Below, in pieces: positions 13,845 to 26,429 of a DNA stretch of 64,000 bases (position 1 is the stretch's first letter; every line of letters starts with the position of its first letter). A program made the position numbers and the translations under genes. The stretch comes from Tricharina praecox. Its lineage: Eukaryota. The notes beneath the pieces were generated by a model, which was not told where the DNA came from, searched no databases, and saw only the letters and a list, made by a program, of their open reading frames with translations. Where the stretch lies: NCBI RefSeq assembly GCF_024521635.1, contig NW_026250423.1, positions 620,001-684,000 on the forward strand. The letters run 5' to 3'.

Positions 13845-14525
13845 GTTCCAGCGAGTGACTAATCATGCTGCACGCTTCGACCCTCAGGCTGGACCGTACC
13901 GACCCGTTGCTCTACTCCGTGATTACTGCAAATGTAGCAGCTATGCATTCCATACAGGCTGCGATTGACCACTTACCTTGCGTACTGCCGCGAACGATCC
14001 GCTTCGAATCAAGTTTCGGGGGAACAGAGGAACAGAGGAACGACCCGAGAGAAATACCGGTACATACCGACCGGCTTCGTCGCGGGTGCGTGGTGGTAGG
14101 TGTGCCGGAGAGAATACACCGGCGGAGATTACATAAATAGCACCTAATGTATGATGCACACTCGACGCTTCGAGTCCGAGTCCGAGTCCGAATCCAGGTC
14201 AGGCGAGTGCCAGTCCGTGATCCCGCCGAGGGGTTGGACTGGTTTCACGCGTCTCCGCCGGCCGGGAGGAGAGCGGCTTCGCGCGAGTGGGTGCCCCATA
14301 GCCGAGGGTGGAATCGGTGGTGGAACTCGGGTGGCATGTTGGGTGGTGGTGACGGTGGTGGAATACTGCGGGATCGATAGGCTACGCCGGGGGTTCGCGA
14401 GGCTCCCGCCCTTAGTAGAGTACCGGTATACTATAATACTTACACTTTACGAGCGGAACAGAGCCGGGGAAGGGATGTGCCGGGGAAGGGATGTGCCGGG
14501 TCCGTATGCACATACTCTACATACT
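13845..14525 (+). repeat. Dispersed repeat segment A, copy 1 (homologous to the reverse complement of about 63398-63897)
   Basis: Shared blocks: gagtgac.aatcatgc, tacaggctgcgattgacc, cgtactgccg, gatccgcttc, cgagtccgagtccgagtccg, gccgaggggttggactggttt, gtccgtatgcacatactctacata. This copy carries an extra ~190 bp (about 14308-14497). Confidence 0.9.
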
Positions 14526-15016
14526 GTATAGTGAAGGCGGGGGGGGGGTAAAAAATACGCATTTTTCCGTATCAGTACGGTTAAAAGTTATCTCAACCGA
14601 GCATGAGCAGACTCCGGTTGAGAATGGAGTGAATAAACAGGCAGCCGGAAATTCAGCAATCGGCTCTCTTAGGAGCATCCGAACGTCGGATTCTAGGTCG
14701 AGCCAGCTCAGTGGGCTGAGAATGGCCCAGATTCCAAACTTATCGATCGTCTGCCTTCCAGTAAATATTTCCGAGCTGAACAATGGCGACATGTACAGCC
14801 AGAGCGAAAGATATACTGGTGGCTGTGTGGCCGAAGAGGGGCTCATTGTGGGGCAATTCCAACGGCTTCGAAAGGGCAGCATGAATAGCGCCAGTGCAGG
14901 CAACAGCCCGAAAAGCCCATGGGCTGGGCTGGGGCTGGTGGGCTATCAGTTGAGCTGGGCTACACGCGCCGGGCTGTGGGCTGGCTTTGATTGGGCTGGG
15001 TTGTTGCCTGCATTGA

Positions 15017-15475
15017 ATAACGCTACTCAACCAGGGCGCCGACATCGAGGCCGAGCAGGCGGAGGCGGATTGGAGGCCGCTTCACTTAGTGGCTTGGGAC
15101 GGACACACGGCTACAGTGCAGCTTCTGCTCGACCGGGATGCCAACGTAAAGGCTACGACGATAGACAACTGGACATCACTTCACGAGGCTGCCGCGTACG
15201 GACTCGAAGATACATTGCAGATACTGCTCGATCTGAATGCCGACATAGAGGCCAAGACTAGCCTAGGTCTCACAGCATTGAATATCTATAGCCACTCAAA
15301 AGGGCCCGCAGCATGCAGGTATAGTGAAGCGACTGCTCAAAAAGATTGCTGCCATCGAGGAGTGAGACCGACGACAAGTACGATTTGTCGCTGTTTCCCT
15401 TGGCTGCCGTTAGCGAGAACACGGGTATTATAGCTACTGGAATTCAGGTGTGCCAACGTCGAGGCATAGTCCAAG
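15017..15475 (+). pseudogene. Decayed ankyrin-repeat gene fragment
   Basis: LLNQGADIEAE..WRPLHLVAWDGHTATVQLLLDRDANVKA..NWTSLHEAAAYG..LQILLDLNADIEAK..GLTAL, followed by frameshifted, stop-containing repeats (IVKRLLKK..IEE*, LLEF..ANVEA*). An in-frame stop lies just upstream and there is no ATG start. Confidence 0.8.
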
Positions 15476-15500
15476 ATCGGTTGAAGAGGGCGAAACAAGA

Positions 15501-15600
15501 GGCCGGATGATAGCTGGGAATAGGAGTTTTATGTAAGGAATGAAGATGTCGTTTGGGCGGATAATTTTTGGGGGTGAGGTGGAATGAATGGTTTCTCTAA
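15501..15600 (+). repeat. Dispersed repeat segment B, copy 1 (near-identical to the reverse complement of 63901-64000)
   Basis: ggccggatga...gaataggagttttatgtaaggaatgaagatgtcgtttgggcggataatttttgggg.tgaggtggaatgaa.ggtttctcta is present in both places. Confidence 0.92.
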
Positions 15601-17128
15601 GCTCTGTTCAAGCCCGTCGCGATGCCGCGTGACGGGATGCTTGGTAGGCTTTATGTATTGAATGAAATCTTGCTCCATCCGGAGTGGCCACTTGATACCT
15701 AGAAGCGACGGAGATATTCGCGTTCGTGGCTCGTGCTGCCCTAGCCACTAGTTGAGCCCCAGTTAGTGGCGGCCGCAATGACTGCGACGGGAGACGGCAC
15801 GTGACCCACCTCTGTCAGCACAACGTACGCCTCGTGTGAGGCAAAGGTAGAGCCTCGGCTAGAAGGCAGGACGGCTTGGCGTCTTACTACCATCATCATC
15901 ATTATCTCCTTCTTCTTGTTTGCCAGACAACTTAATTGCATACAACCTCTCCTCACGTTTTCCTTTCTTCAAGTCTTCTCCACGTGCTTCTCTATCTCTC
16001 CCGTTCCCTTTTCATTCTCCCGACGGTTCGTCATCATCATCATCTCTCTCACTCGGCAGCCCCACGTGCCCTCAAGCCTTGGCTCGTGCCCTAGGGAGCC
16101 TCAGACTCCTCACAATGACGTCTCGCAGCTTGGCCTATTATATAAGGTTGCCGTTCGATTTAAGGGTGGATCATGACTACAGACATTAGTTTAGAGGTTC
16201 GTCTAATTGCCCTGACATTGCTCGACTTCCCCCCCGAAACTCTCTCTGAGCCGTGGGGGGCCACGGGGAGAAGTAGAGACAGTAGGGGATGGCCGTGGCA
16301 GGTGTCGCTCAACAACGAAGCTGTATATATGCTCTATGTTGGAGTGCGGGAGGTTCACGGAAGGCGTTCATAAGGTATCTACTCTACATACATGAACGAT
16401 TTTGCCACTTGCTTCCTGCGGTGACAAGTTGTCGAGCCTAGACTCCAGCTTCGTTATACTCTAGATGCCCATACTAAGACTCACTCCCAGTCTATCGGGA
16501 ATCCAGGCGAATGCGCGGGTCGTATTTAGGTTTAATCTCTAATGATCAAGCGAGAGGCAGGACTGCTAGGCCACGGTAGGTGGTGTATTTCTCGTTTCCG
16601 CTGCCTTACTCGGGTGTGGTGTATCCCTATTTGCGGCCGCCCCCAAAGACAGCACCAGAGTTGCGCCCAGTTGAGACGAATGCTGAGCAGCCACTTTCCC
16701 ATGCCCGCATCTCGGCTGATGCTGCCTCCAATCGGATCGTGCTGGGGTTCTCAGGCTTGGTTCATGGGACAGCCTTTGGTTACACGCATTGCACCTACCT
16801 CCCCCTGAGATTTTGTTGGTGCCACGCTGGCCGACTTGAGTACTACCGTAATGGGTGACACAACAGTCACACACAGCCAATGGAAGACGCGCAGGGCTGC
16901 CGTTCGGACGACCCTCGTATCACAGCCCGTCGTAGAAGCGAACCAAGCCTGCAAGCTGAAGAGCCCACAGATGTCTTTCTCAGCCGTACCTGATGGGTTG
17001 ATAACCGAGATCTTTGTGGCCGCCAAAGAGTGGCACTGATAAAGTCCGCCCGCTCGTCCCTTGAATGGCACGGAGCACCGCCAGAACGATATTCACTTCA
17101 CTCGCCTCACGATCTCTCACTCGCAGAA

Positions 17129-18478
17129 ATGGTGCTCTCCGCCTCCTTCTCCGTCAGCTTTGCCCTCCTCCTCCAACTCTCCGCGGCCAGCTCTGTACCA
17201 GTTGTCCGACGCATGCCACAAGATCGCCGAGTGAGCGCCAACAACCTCCGAAACCGTGCCACGTTCGTTGGCGCAGCACCCCTACGGGCACAAACATGTC
17301 CTACGGAGCTCACAGATTGTGGCGTGAGCGGCGCTCTCGGAACTCATTACTGCTGCCCAAAGGACACCGTGTGCGCCGCGGATACCACTGATTGTTGTCC
17401 AACTGGTGGAGTACTCCTCTTCGGTGCACCGACCAGCGAAAGTTCTAACAGACACAGACGATGATTGTTCTAACTTGGTGCGGACATCCCCGAACTGTGC
17501 CGATCCGGACTGGGAGCTATTCACGTACACGCGCACCGGCTGGCCGATGCCCGATACTCTCGTCGAGCACTTTTGCTGTCCCAAAGGTCAGCCCAGTCCC
17601 TTCGCATTGTGTCCTTGATTGCTAACCAATGTATTGACGGAACAGGCCAGCTGGGCTACTTCGGAGAGCCGGGAAGTCAAGGGAGAACCGGAGGTGAGGC
17701 TTGTGGCGAGGCCCCGCTTAATGTCGCTTCAAGTCTCTTGGCAACTGTTGTACGTTGTTGTCGTTGTTGTTGTCCCACGGAATGCTTGCAGTAACACTAA
17801 CACGTGTTGCGGTAGACGAGCCCATTTGCCGGCGCAACCAGCGCTCCCGGATCCGGCGGCAGCCAGACGCTCAGGACCGCTACTGGCGCCGCAGCAACCG
17901 CCACCACCGGAGTCGGGAAGATCAATGTTACGCCTGGTGCGACAAACACGATAGTCGGTGGAGCTAGCACGAGCACTGCTGCCGCTGGTGGAGCTGGTGG
18001 TGGAGGAATAAAGACTTCGACCATGGCTGGCATCGCAGGGGGCGCCATCGCCCTCATCATCTTGCTGGCATTCGCATTGTGGTTTGCTTACAAGTCCGGA
18101 AAGAAGAAGGCTGGCGCGGCTGTCTTTCCCACCTCTCAGGTCCCCCCTCCACAGCCTTATCACGGTCAGGGCCAAGTCGGCGGAGCACAGCAATATCACG
18201 GCCATGGCCAAGTAGGAGGAGCACAGCAATATCATGGTCATGTCCAGGTCGGTGGAGCACCACCACCACCGCCATCCACAACGGTTACTCCTCACCATAC
18301 CGGCGGGACAGCACCACCCATGTATCCTCCCAACCGACCACCGGTTCCAGCACAACACGATCCAACTGCAACGATTCCGGAGAAGGATGCGGACTACACG
18401 CGGGAGGAGTTGGATGGAAACCCATACCACGGAGTCGTGCATGAGCTGGCCGGGGCTAAACTTAGGGACCACAAATAG
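17129..18478 (+). CDS. Type I membrane protein: signal peptide, Cys-rich ectodomain, S/T/G stalk, TM helix, cytoplasmic tail with three YHGxxQVGGA repeats. Exons 17129-17405, 17458-17586, 17646-17749, 17816-18478.
   Basis: Signal MVLSASFSVSFALLLQLSAASS; CCPKDTVC..DCCP..C..FCCPKG; TM AGIAGGAIALIILLAFALWFAY followed by KSGKKK; tail EELDG..HELAG. Three introns with ctaac branch sites join the ORF pieces in phase. Confidence 0.8.
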
Positions 18479-20299
18479 AGGTTGGAGTGAAATGGCACTC
18501 ACGCCTGGTTATTTGCTTTCGGTATGTATATACGTTTGTTCTGCCTGTTGTTAGTTCTTCTTTGTTGAGATGGCCGTACATAGAGGCAGCCCGGGAGGTA
18601 GAGATTTTCAAGCTGTTCACTCCATGTATCTTACCGTAGACTTTATTTTGAAAGTGTGTTACGTGGGAGCTCGAGGATAACAACCGTCATCATATCCAGC
18701 GGAACTGATCTTCATGTCATATCCTCCTTTGTGCCAAGTCCAGCTGCTCCGCCCGGGTGCATGATCGATCGCATGCAGGTGTCGCTCTCGTTTCGCAAAC
18801 ATTCTCCTCGGTCTGCTACCAACTCAACTTCCACGTCGGATATTTATGTACCTTCAGGCGATGCAGCACCATGCCATCTCAAAGCCACGATCACCACCCG
18901 CTGCAGTGAAGAAATGGGTTGCGCTGCTGTGGCCGGTACATACTTGTGCCACTTTCTGTCAGACATGAGACGGGGTTTCCGTTCACAACCACTACGAGCG
19001 TCGTGGCGGACACGGTTGACGGCAGCGCGCGGCTACCTCGTCAGTAGCACACCCCACCACCACCACCATTCCGCCGCCGCTGCCGCCACAAAACAAAGAT
19101 ACTCTGAGCTGTACAGTACATACGAAAGATGACATGCCAGGATGACCAAGGCTAGAACGATCGCTGACAACAGATATATTGACGGAGGAAGATTTGCCTT
19201 GACTCTCGGCGGCAACGTCCGAATATCCATGGGGATTCGAGACGCGAAGGGGTTGTTGTTGGCAACGAAGGGCAAAGATACGGCAGCAAAGGCGCAGCGC
19301 GGAGGTGTGGGCAGTACGGTAGTTAGCATGGATCGAGTCGTGTATGTCCCGGTGCCACTTGAGAATGAAATTTCGCAAGAGAAGTGGCTTCACGGCGGGG
19401 AAGTGGGATGAGGCGGCGTGCAACAAGCGGCGTGCAACAAGCGCCATGTACTAATACCTGTCACTTGAGAATGAAGCAGCGGGACGGGTCGGTGCTGGCC
19501 ATCGCAAGAAGTCGATCGCCACGAGGAACTTCTACTAGCTCGAGACGGGCCACGCGCTGATTTCACTATACCCGAAGAGGAGTGGAAGGTGGAAAAGTAA
19601 TACTGACGGTGTAATCGGATGCAGGAAGATCCCCGGCAGAACATCTCGAGGAATTGCACGAGATGGGGGATGACGCAGGCCATCCTGTGAGCGGAGGCGA
19701 TGAGGTGCAGGAGGATGAAGAAAAGCCAGCTGCAGATATCTGAAGGAAAAATGCAGCAAAACTATACGAGCCTTCAAGCCTGGGAGACATGGATATTGGC
19801 AGGCCGACCTCACTGAATAGCGGGGTAGAAAGACAGCGCGGCGAACGCCGTTTCCTAGCCGTCCTCGGAGTGGGAGCGCAAATATAATGGGAAGTCTGTC
19901 TCTTTTTATTTGTTTGCTTTTGTTTGGTTTGTGAGGTGGGTTCCTTTGCTGACGGTGCTCGAAAGTGCTGTACCATTCGAGGTACGGGAGAGGCAGGAGC
20001 AGAGTGTAATTAGCCGTGATGGCCGAAACCAACCGAATGCAATGAAGAAACAAAACAAAACTGTACTCGAGTGAATTCCGGCTCTCAAGTTCTGACTATA
20101 CTCGGCCCTCACACTAGGTCCATAGATGATAGCTGTTGTTAGAACCAACTATCCGCAGAGTCTGCCCTGCGCTCCCTCTCTCCCTTCAAGATCGAGCGCT
20201 ATATTTGCACCCCGAGACAACAACAACATCGGATTGACACGGAGGCGATCGGCTCGTGCGACGGTGTGATCCTTCTATCTGTTGAGAAGGTTTTATTCC

Positions 20300-22030
20300 G
20301 CTGGTTCCGCAGCCTGCAGATCTGTCACTAACGGATCAGAGTGGCGGAGAGAGAGTGCAGTACTGCCCCACGCCTGTGCTGTGGCACATAACCACGGGCG
20401 GGGGGCTGAATTCTACTGACAGAAAGAAGTTAGTCCTGCAGTAATAGCTCTGCCTGGTGGCAAGATTGAACACGTCTGCCCGCGTACGGGAGTGATGGCA
20501 GTTCGAACCGACGAGAAAGAAAACAAGGTGCTGGTTGGCAAAAGATTGCCCAGTACGTAGGTCGGTTTGCTGGCAATCTAGACCGCGGCTTGTAAGAAAA
20601 GAAAAGGGGGATGATGTGATTGCCAAAATATTTGTGAAGGTTTCGATTCCCGTTGCTCGGATTCATGCGTGGTGTTTGCTCGTTTCGTGGCCCTCTTGTT
20701 TCAACACCGGTGGCAGGCGCTTCTTCAGGTAATATATATGCATGGAAACTCATGCATTATGCGGACACCTCCGGCACACGCTTGGGATATGCCTAGGAGA
20801 GCGGGATAGCTTGACAGCTTGAACAGGCTCACTTGATAGCTTGGTCATAGCGCTGTGATATCCAGTTTGTTTGATTTTTCGCCCTGCGCAATATGGCGCA
20901 GCCGGCATCGAGTGGCACTTACAAGGTACCATTGTTAAACCTGTTGGCATGGAACTGCTCCGTGTGAACACTTCCGGAGCATACTTCCCTTCCAGTGAAG
21001 CTCTTGCATGGAACTTTCGAGAGCTGACAAAGGGGCTGGTTATCAGCTGCTTCAACTACCTAGATCATCCGCAATCGTGATATCACATCCGTATAGTCCA
21101 TTGATCGTGGGTTTCTGACAAGTGTTCAACATTGGATGAACTATTCTTGTGGTGAAAGCCGCAGCTCACACCGCAATCCGTTTCTATGGTTGAGACAGCT
21201 GGCAAACCAACGTGGAGCTCCTCCTCAGGCCAAGGCAGACCTCGCGATTGTCTCATTCCCGCAATTGCTTCCGAAGCAAAAAGTTCAATCGGAGATTCCG
21301 GAAGATCTGTCCACCAGTCCGACGGTGACGAATATATCAACTAGGTGGCAAGGCTGCGAACTGTCAAGTCACTGGACACCAGTTCAACCGGGCCGAAACT
21401 CGGATCGTAGCCTCAAACTCTATATTCAAATTCAGTTCACGGATTACCAGATTTGTTCACCGCGGAGAATTGTGTCGTGTAATGTTCGGTGGCTGAACGA
21501 GTGGTCGCCGAGATATTGGAGCCTACTGCTCGGATGAACCTCGCCACTTGGTATGGGGCCAATCTGCCACTATCAGGTACATCAGGTCAGAGCAATCGTA
21601 ACGGTAAAATACCAGAGAAGTAGTACTTACTGGCGGCTCACCAGTACATACGGCAAAGGTTGGTCTCGAAAAAAGAACTGAAACAACTACAGTCTGAAGA
21701 ATATCACAGCAAAAACCATTTCTTCTGGAGGTGGCCCCGCCCAGAATAGTATTATCTGACTGCTTGTACGTCTTTATGTACGTCGGAGCATTTAGCGCTT
21801 CGATCCACACCTCACGGCAGTGTGCGCGGGTAAAGCGTTTCCGACGTGAGAAACTGTGATATGGGCCCAAAAACACTCACGCAAGAACTCGTCAATCATT
21901 GGATCAGCAAAAACATGCCCCAAGACGTTTCGGAGTTCAAAAAGAGGCCGCCTCATCCAGTAGCATTTTTACGTTTCCGATCGATCCCCCGGGCTATATC
22001 CAGCAAGATGTGGATTTTGGAGGGGCCAGC
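20300..22030 (+). pseudogene. Possible decayed gene of unknown family
   Basis: High-complexity, microsatellite-free DNA with short protein-like frames broken by stops and frameshifts (e.g. EVSPAVIALPGGKIEHVCPRTG, LAWNFRELTKGLVISCFNYLDHP). No family recognised. Confidence 0.25.
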
Positions 22031-23045
22031 TTAACGCCTGAAAAATTGAGTCTTATGGTCTAATTCTGGCGATGGGGAAGAGGTCATCTAGTGTAACTGG
22101 GTGATGCCAGCGCTTCGAACGGTGATGATGGAAGCGGGAGGGAAACAATGACGGTTGCCAGAAACAAAATGGTTTTGTTTATTGGTCTGTAGGCTTGGCC
22201 TGAAACCGGGGCAATCGCGTTGTGCCGAACGGTAGGAGTATGCATTGACTAGCATGGTGGCTATGGCGGACTTTTTATTATGCATGCACCACTCACTGCC
22301 GCATGATACGATCCTGCACATCTTCACACCTCCACGTATGTCGTTGGCTGCCGCGAAGTCAGCAGGTGCTTTCGTACACACCATTCGTCCCGGACGCACC
22401 CTTCTACACCCATTTAACCGCCGAGGAGCCCGCCGTGCGCATTAAGGGCACGCACGCAGATTCCGCATGAAGTGGCGGGTCAAGCCTCCAGGACTGCTCG
22501 AACTGGCCTCCACCCAGCCATATCGCTGCCTAAGCCCGCAACAGTTGAAGGGGGGGAAAACTTAAAATATTCATGCAGGATATCGCCTTGATCGACTCGT
22601 TTGCACTCCACCTCTCTCTCGCCAGGCTGTCATAAACGAGATAATCAGATGCGACGTGGACCGAAGATTCAACGCCCATTTATCTCCATCTCGATCTGTT
22701 CTCGATAGTCCTCCCGGCTTGACACCGCTGAAACTGGAAAGCGGTGAGTACCCGCCCTCGGATACCAGAGATGGAACCGGCTGATGTTCTGCTCTAGAGT
22801 CTAGGGTACCTCTCGAGGCGTCGTTGTTTCTAGGAGTGGCAGTTGTGCTTCACGACAACGAAAAGCAATAACTTACTTTCACGGTTTCCCAGTATGCCCC
22901 GTACGTTTCATCTTTCGCTGCCGCACGATTTGATCAGATGGTACTTACGCCATGTACTACAGTGATATATAGGGTCTCGGGTCAAGGCGGCATTATCCGC
23001 AGATCCAACCACTTCCAAAGCAAAACTAGCGGCTGTACCTCAACC

Positions 23046-25671
23046 ATGGATCCAACTCCTCCTCCACAAGGTTCCCCCGCGAGCAGTACTACCTTGACAG
23101 ACGGCTTCTTCCACTGTCCTTCTCAGGGACAATATCCTGCAGTTTCCCTTGAACAGCAGTGGCCGCGCCACATAGTCGACTCACCAGTACCCTTGGATAT
23201 CGATCTCGGTTTCGACGATTTCCAAAACTTCGCACAGCACCCGAATTTAGTCAATTCCGATCCAAACGAATTCTCATGGCAACAGTCACAGCAGTTTTCT
23301 GGGTATCTGCTCGAAGGTGCGGGCGATGAGTACTCGGTCTCGTGTAGCAACAACAATCGAACGGACGAAGACCCATGGACACCACTTCATGCGCTCGGTC
23401 TCATGAACTTCCAGGTACCGATGGGGTTCTCCGGGTTTGCGCTGGATATGATGCCTTTCCATGGGGGAGATCCATCAAACGACGCCTGGAATAACACGAA
23501 CATGGAGGCCGCGTGTTATCAGGACTGCAACACAACTGTAACACTCATGCCGCTATCCGCCTCCAACCTTTCGAGTGGAAATACCTTACCGTCCCCTCTT
23601 ACGCCATCACCGGGGGTCAGCTTCATGGCCGAGCCAGAATCCGTGGAGATCTCTAGGTTCATCCCGCCCTCGGAATCCCCAGAGGCCGAAACCAAAGCCA
23701 CACTGGTTTCGCGGCGCAGAAGACAACCAACGTTCCCCAGGGTGATCGGGGGCCGAGTTCACAAGAAACCTCTCCCAAAGTACAAAGAGGGGCAGGTAAT
23801 GTTCGACTCCATCGAGGGAAGAAATTCCGGGAATCCTCGTGCACCGTTTCAGCCCGAAAGACGCAAGGAAGTGGCAGCAGTCAGGGCTCGGGGGGCTTGC
23901 TTTAGGTGTAGGATGTCCAAGAGAAAGGTACTACACCATCCCCCAGCCATCGATGAAACGATTCTCACCTGCCTCCACAGTGCGATCTCCAACTCCCTTG
24001 TAGCAATTGTACGAGCTCTTCCAAATGCGCCGGTTTGGAATTCAGTGTTATTCCGTCAATGCCCTGCTTTCAGCTTGATTTGAACGGGTGTAGATTCTTC
24101 AGAACCAGTAGGAAAAACCATCATCATCCGAGTTACAACTTCTCAACGAAAGCTAATCAACCATCGATAGAATCCGCAGCATGGACCAAACCATTGCGGG
24201 AGAAAATGGTGTGGCGGTCAACCAGTCAAGTCCACCTACAGGTCCAATGCATATACCGCAACGGCCGAGGCCCTCGGTTTACAATTCCATGTCGGGAGTT
24301 CAAGCAGGAGGAAACAGACATCGTCACTAGGAAGTGGGGCCGTGAAGACCACCAGATCCTGCGAATTCCGACCTTTTGTGCTGCAAACTTGAGTGTTCTC
24401 CGACGACAGATGCCGGATATGGTCGATGAATACCATCGGGCCGCCATAGCGGAGGCGGTTGATATGCCGAGGGTGATGGTCGAGACGTTCAAGATCGCGA
24501 CTGCACGCCAGGTACTCACTGTCCTGTTGCTACTTCTTCCTCATTGTACTGTCTCTAAAAAAAATATGATGAGGCGAACAGGATCGAGAACCTCTATTGA
24601 AGGCCGCGCTACAAATTTGGGCTGGAAGTCACTTCATAGCAGCGTCCCGTAAGAAACGCGTTCGCTTTCAGGTGACATCCGCGATTTACTAACCGTATCA
24701 CAGGATCACTCAGGGGCGAGCATACTCTAAACATAACTCCGCTCGTCGGAGACGATAGCGCGCATGACCACGGGAACATACCTATTCCGCCGATGCTGGA
24801 CTATCAATTGGACACGGTAGCGATCAAGTGGATGCGAGAAACGATGAAGAACATGCTCAAGGAGCTCTGGGAAGTCCTGAAATGCCACTCGGCGGAATCG
24901 TGGTTCGACGTGTTCCTCGTGATATTTATCCTGCTCAACAATCTGGAATATGTTTACGAAGCGCAACTAGAATACGCGCAGCAGCATGGTTCCGCCCGCG
25001 CCGATCACGACGTAAGTGCTTACTTTCCCTTTTCCCCGCTTTTACCCCGCTACGGTTCCCTACACCACATACACCACCATACGCAACACGTGCAGCTCAC
25101 AGATGGGGATTGGCTGACGATACGGGGCGTCATGCAAGAGTGCAGAAGCGTTCCGATGCAAGATCAAGGAGCAGTCGGAGGAGATGTTGACACCATGGGA
25201 GGAGACGGCGGGATACCTGATTAAGGTCTTCAGGCACCATATCAAACGGTGCGCTCTATCGGAAGCGCCGCTGTTCTCGGAAGAATACTTTTCCACCGCC
25301 TCGCAAGTCGCGGGGCTCGACGAACCAGCGAAAGATTACCTGGCCTATCTGATCGGTTGGAGCAAGGGTGAACAATCCCCCACATTTTCCTCGCGGGGGG
25401 AGCTTCATCCTGTCTAAGTACTAATAGTTTGGACACACAGAAGTCGGGAAGGAACGCTCTTCGGGAAAGAGGGGTGGCTTCTGTTTTCAGACAAAGTGGT
25501 GCCGGGAGCTGGTTCTGGACAGAGAACTATGACGCCGAACTTCACAGACAGCGGACAACTATCCTGTCTACTCTAACTTACTACCCACACTATGAGATGG
25601 AGAGAATTGAGTTCATTGACAATCTCTTACTTACATCTGCCACGTCCGTGCGCGTGAATGGTGGTTGCTGA
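23046..25671 (+). CDS. Zn(II)2Cys6 fungal transcription factor (multi-exon)
   Basis: RRKEVAAVRARGACFRCRMSKRK|CDLQLPCSNCTSSSKC across intron 23928-23980. Further introns at about 24108-24170, 24512-24581 and downstream. C-terminal PIPPMLDYQLD..WFDVFLVIFILLNNLE. Confidence 0.85.
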
Positions 25672-26429
25672 AGCTGGGGTGTGGGGGGGTTTTACACCAT
25701 CGTCTTCTTCTTACCACACGGTATATATCAATTGCAAAGCATATTCCGACACGTACATTCCGCGGGGGGAAACAAGTTTACTTATTGGCTGCTATTTGAG
25801 AGCTATCGATTGTGAGAGGTCCCACTAGATACTTGATATCTAGGCCTCCGCGATTCCGGCTCGACTCCCTGCAGGCAGTACATGCTAAGTTCATGCTAGG
25901 GACCTTTTTACCAGCAGTGCTTGCTGATTTGTGTCGACTGAAGGCCATTGGTTGATTTACTTTGGTCCAAGCTTTCGAGCAGCAGCAGCTGCAGTGCCGA
26001 TTCCCCGCCCTCATGAGAGGCCGAATGGTATCATGGGGATAGCAATATTATTATTTTTGCTGCTGCCCCACCCCCATCCACCACAGAGATTTGTTTCAAA
26101 GCTTTTCCGCGCAAACTCGCCGCCCCGCCGCCCATCGGCCGCGTCGCCGGTGGTGGTGTTAAATCGGGATCACGCCGCACTCGCCGCTATCTTTGCTTTA
26201 CCAATACGTACGAACAGAACAGTGCAATGTCCTCACTTTCGATGTAAGTACATTACTTTTAACTGCTCGCCATCATTTATTCGATTAACGCAACAACGAC
26301 GTGCTGTGTATTTAAACTCATTCCCGGTCCGGTCACCCGTTTTGTTTTCCCGTGTCTTCTGATCAGGCTGCATTGGAATCCTTTCAGACTACATACATTA
26401 CAAAAAGCTACATTCATTACATTACAACG

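Noticed and set aside
14491..15261. 256-aa ORF overlapping the ankyrin relic
   Set aside because: Out of frame with the ankyrin repeats and with no recognisable protein features.
16971..17039. MSFSAVPDGLITEIF resembles an F-box start
   Set aside because: Stops after 22 codons with no splice continuation; too short to support.
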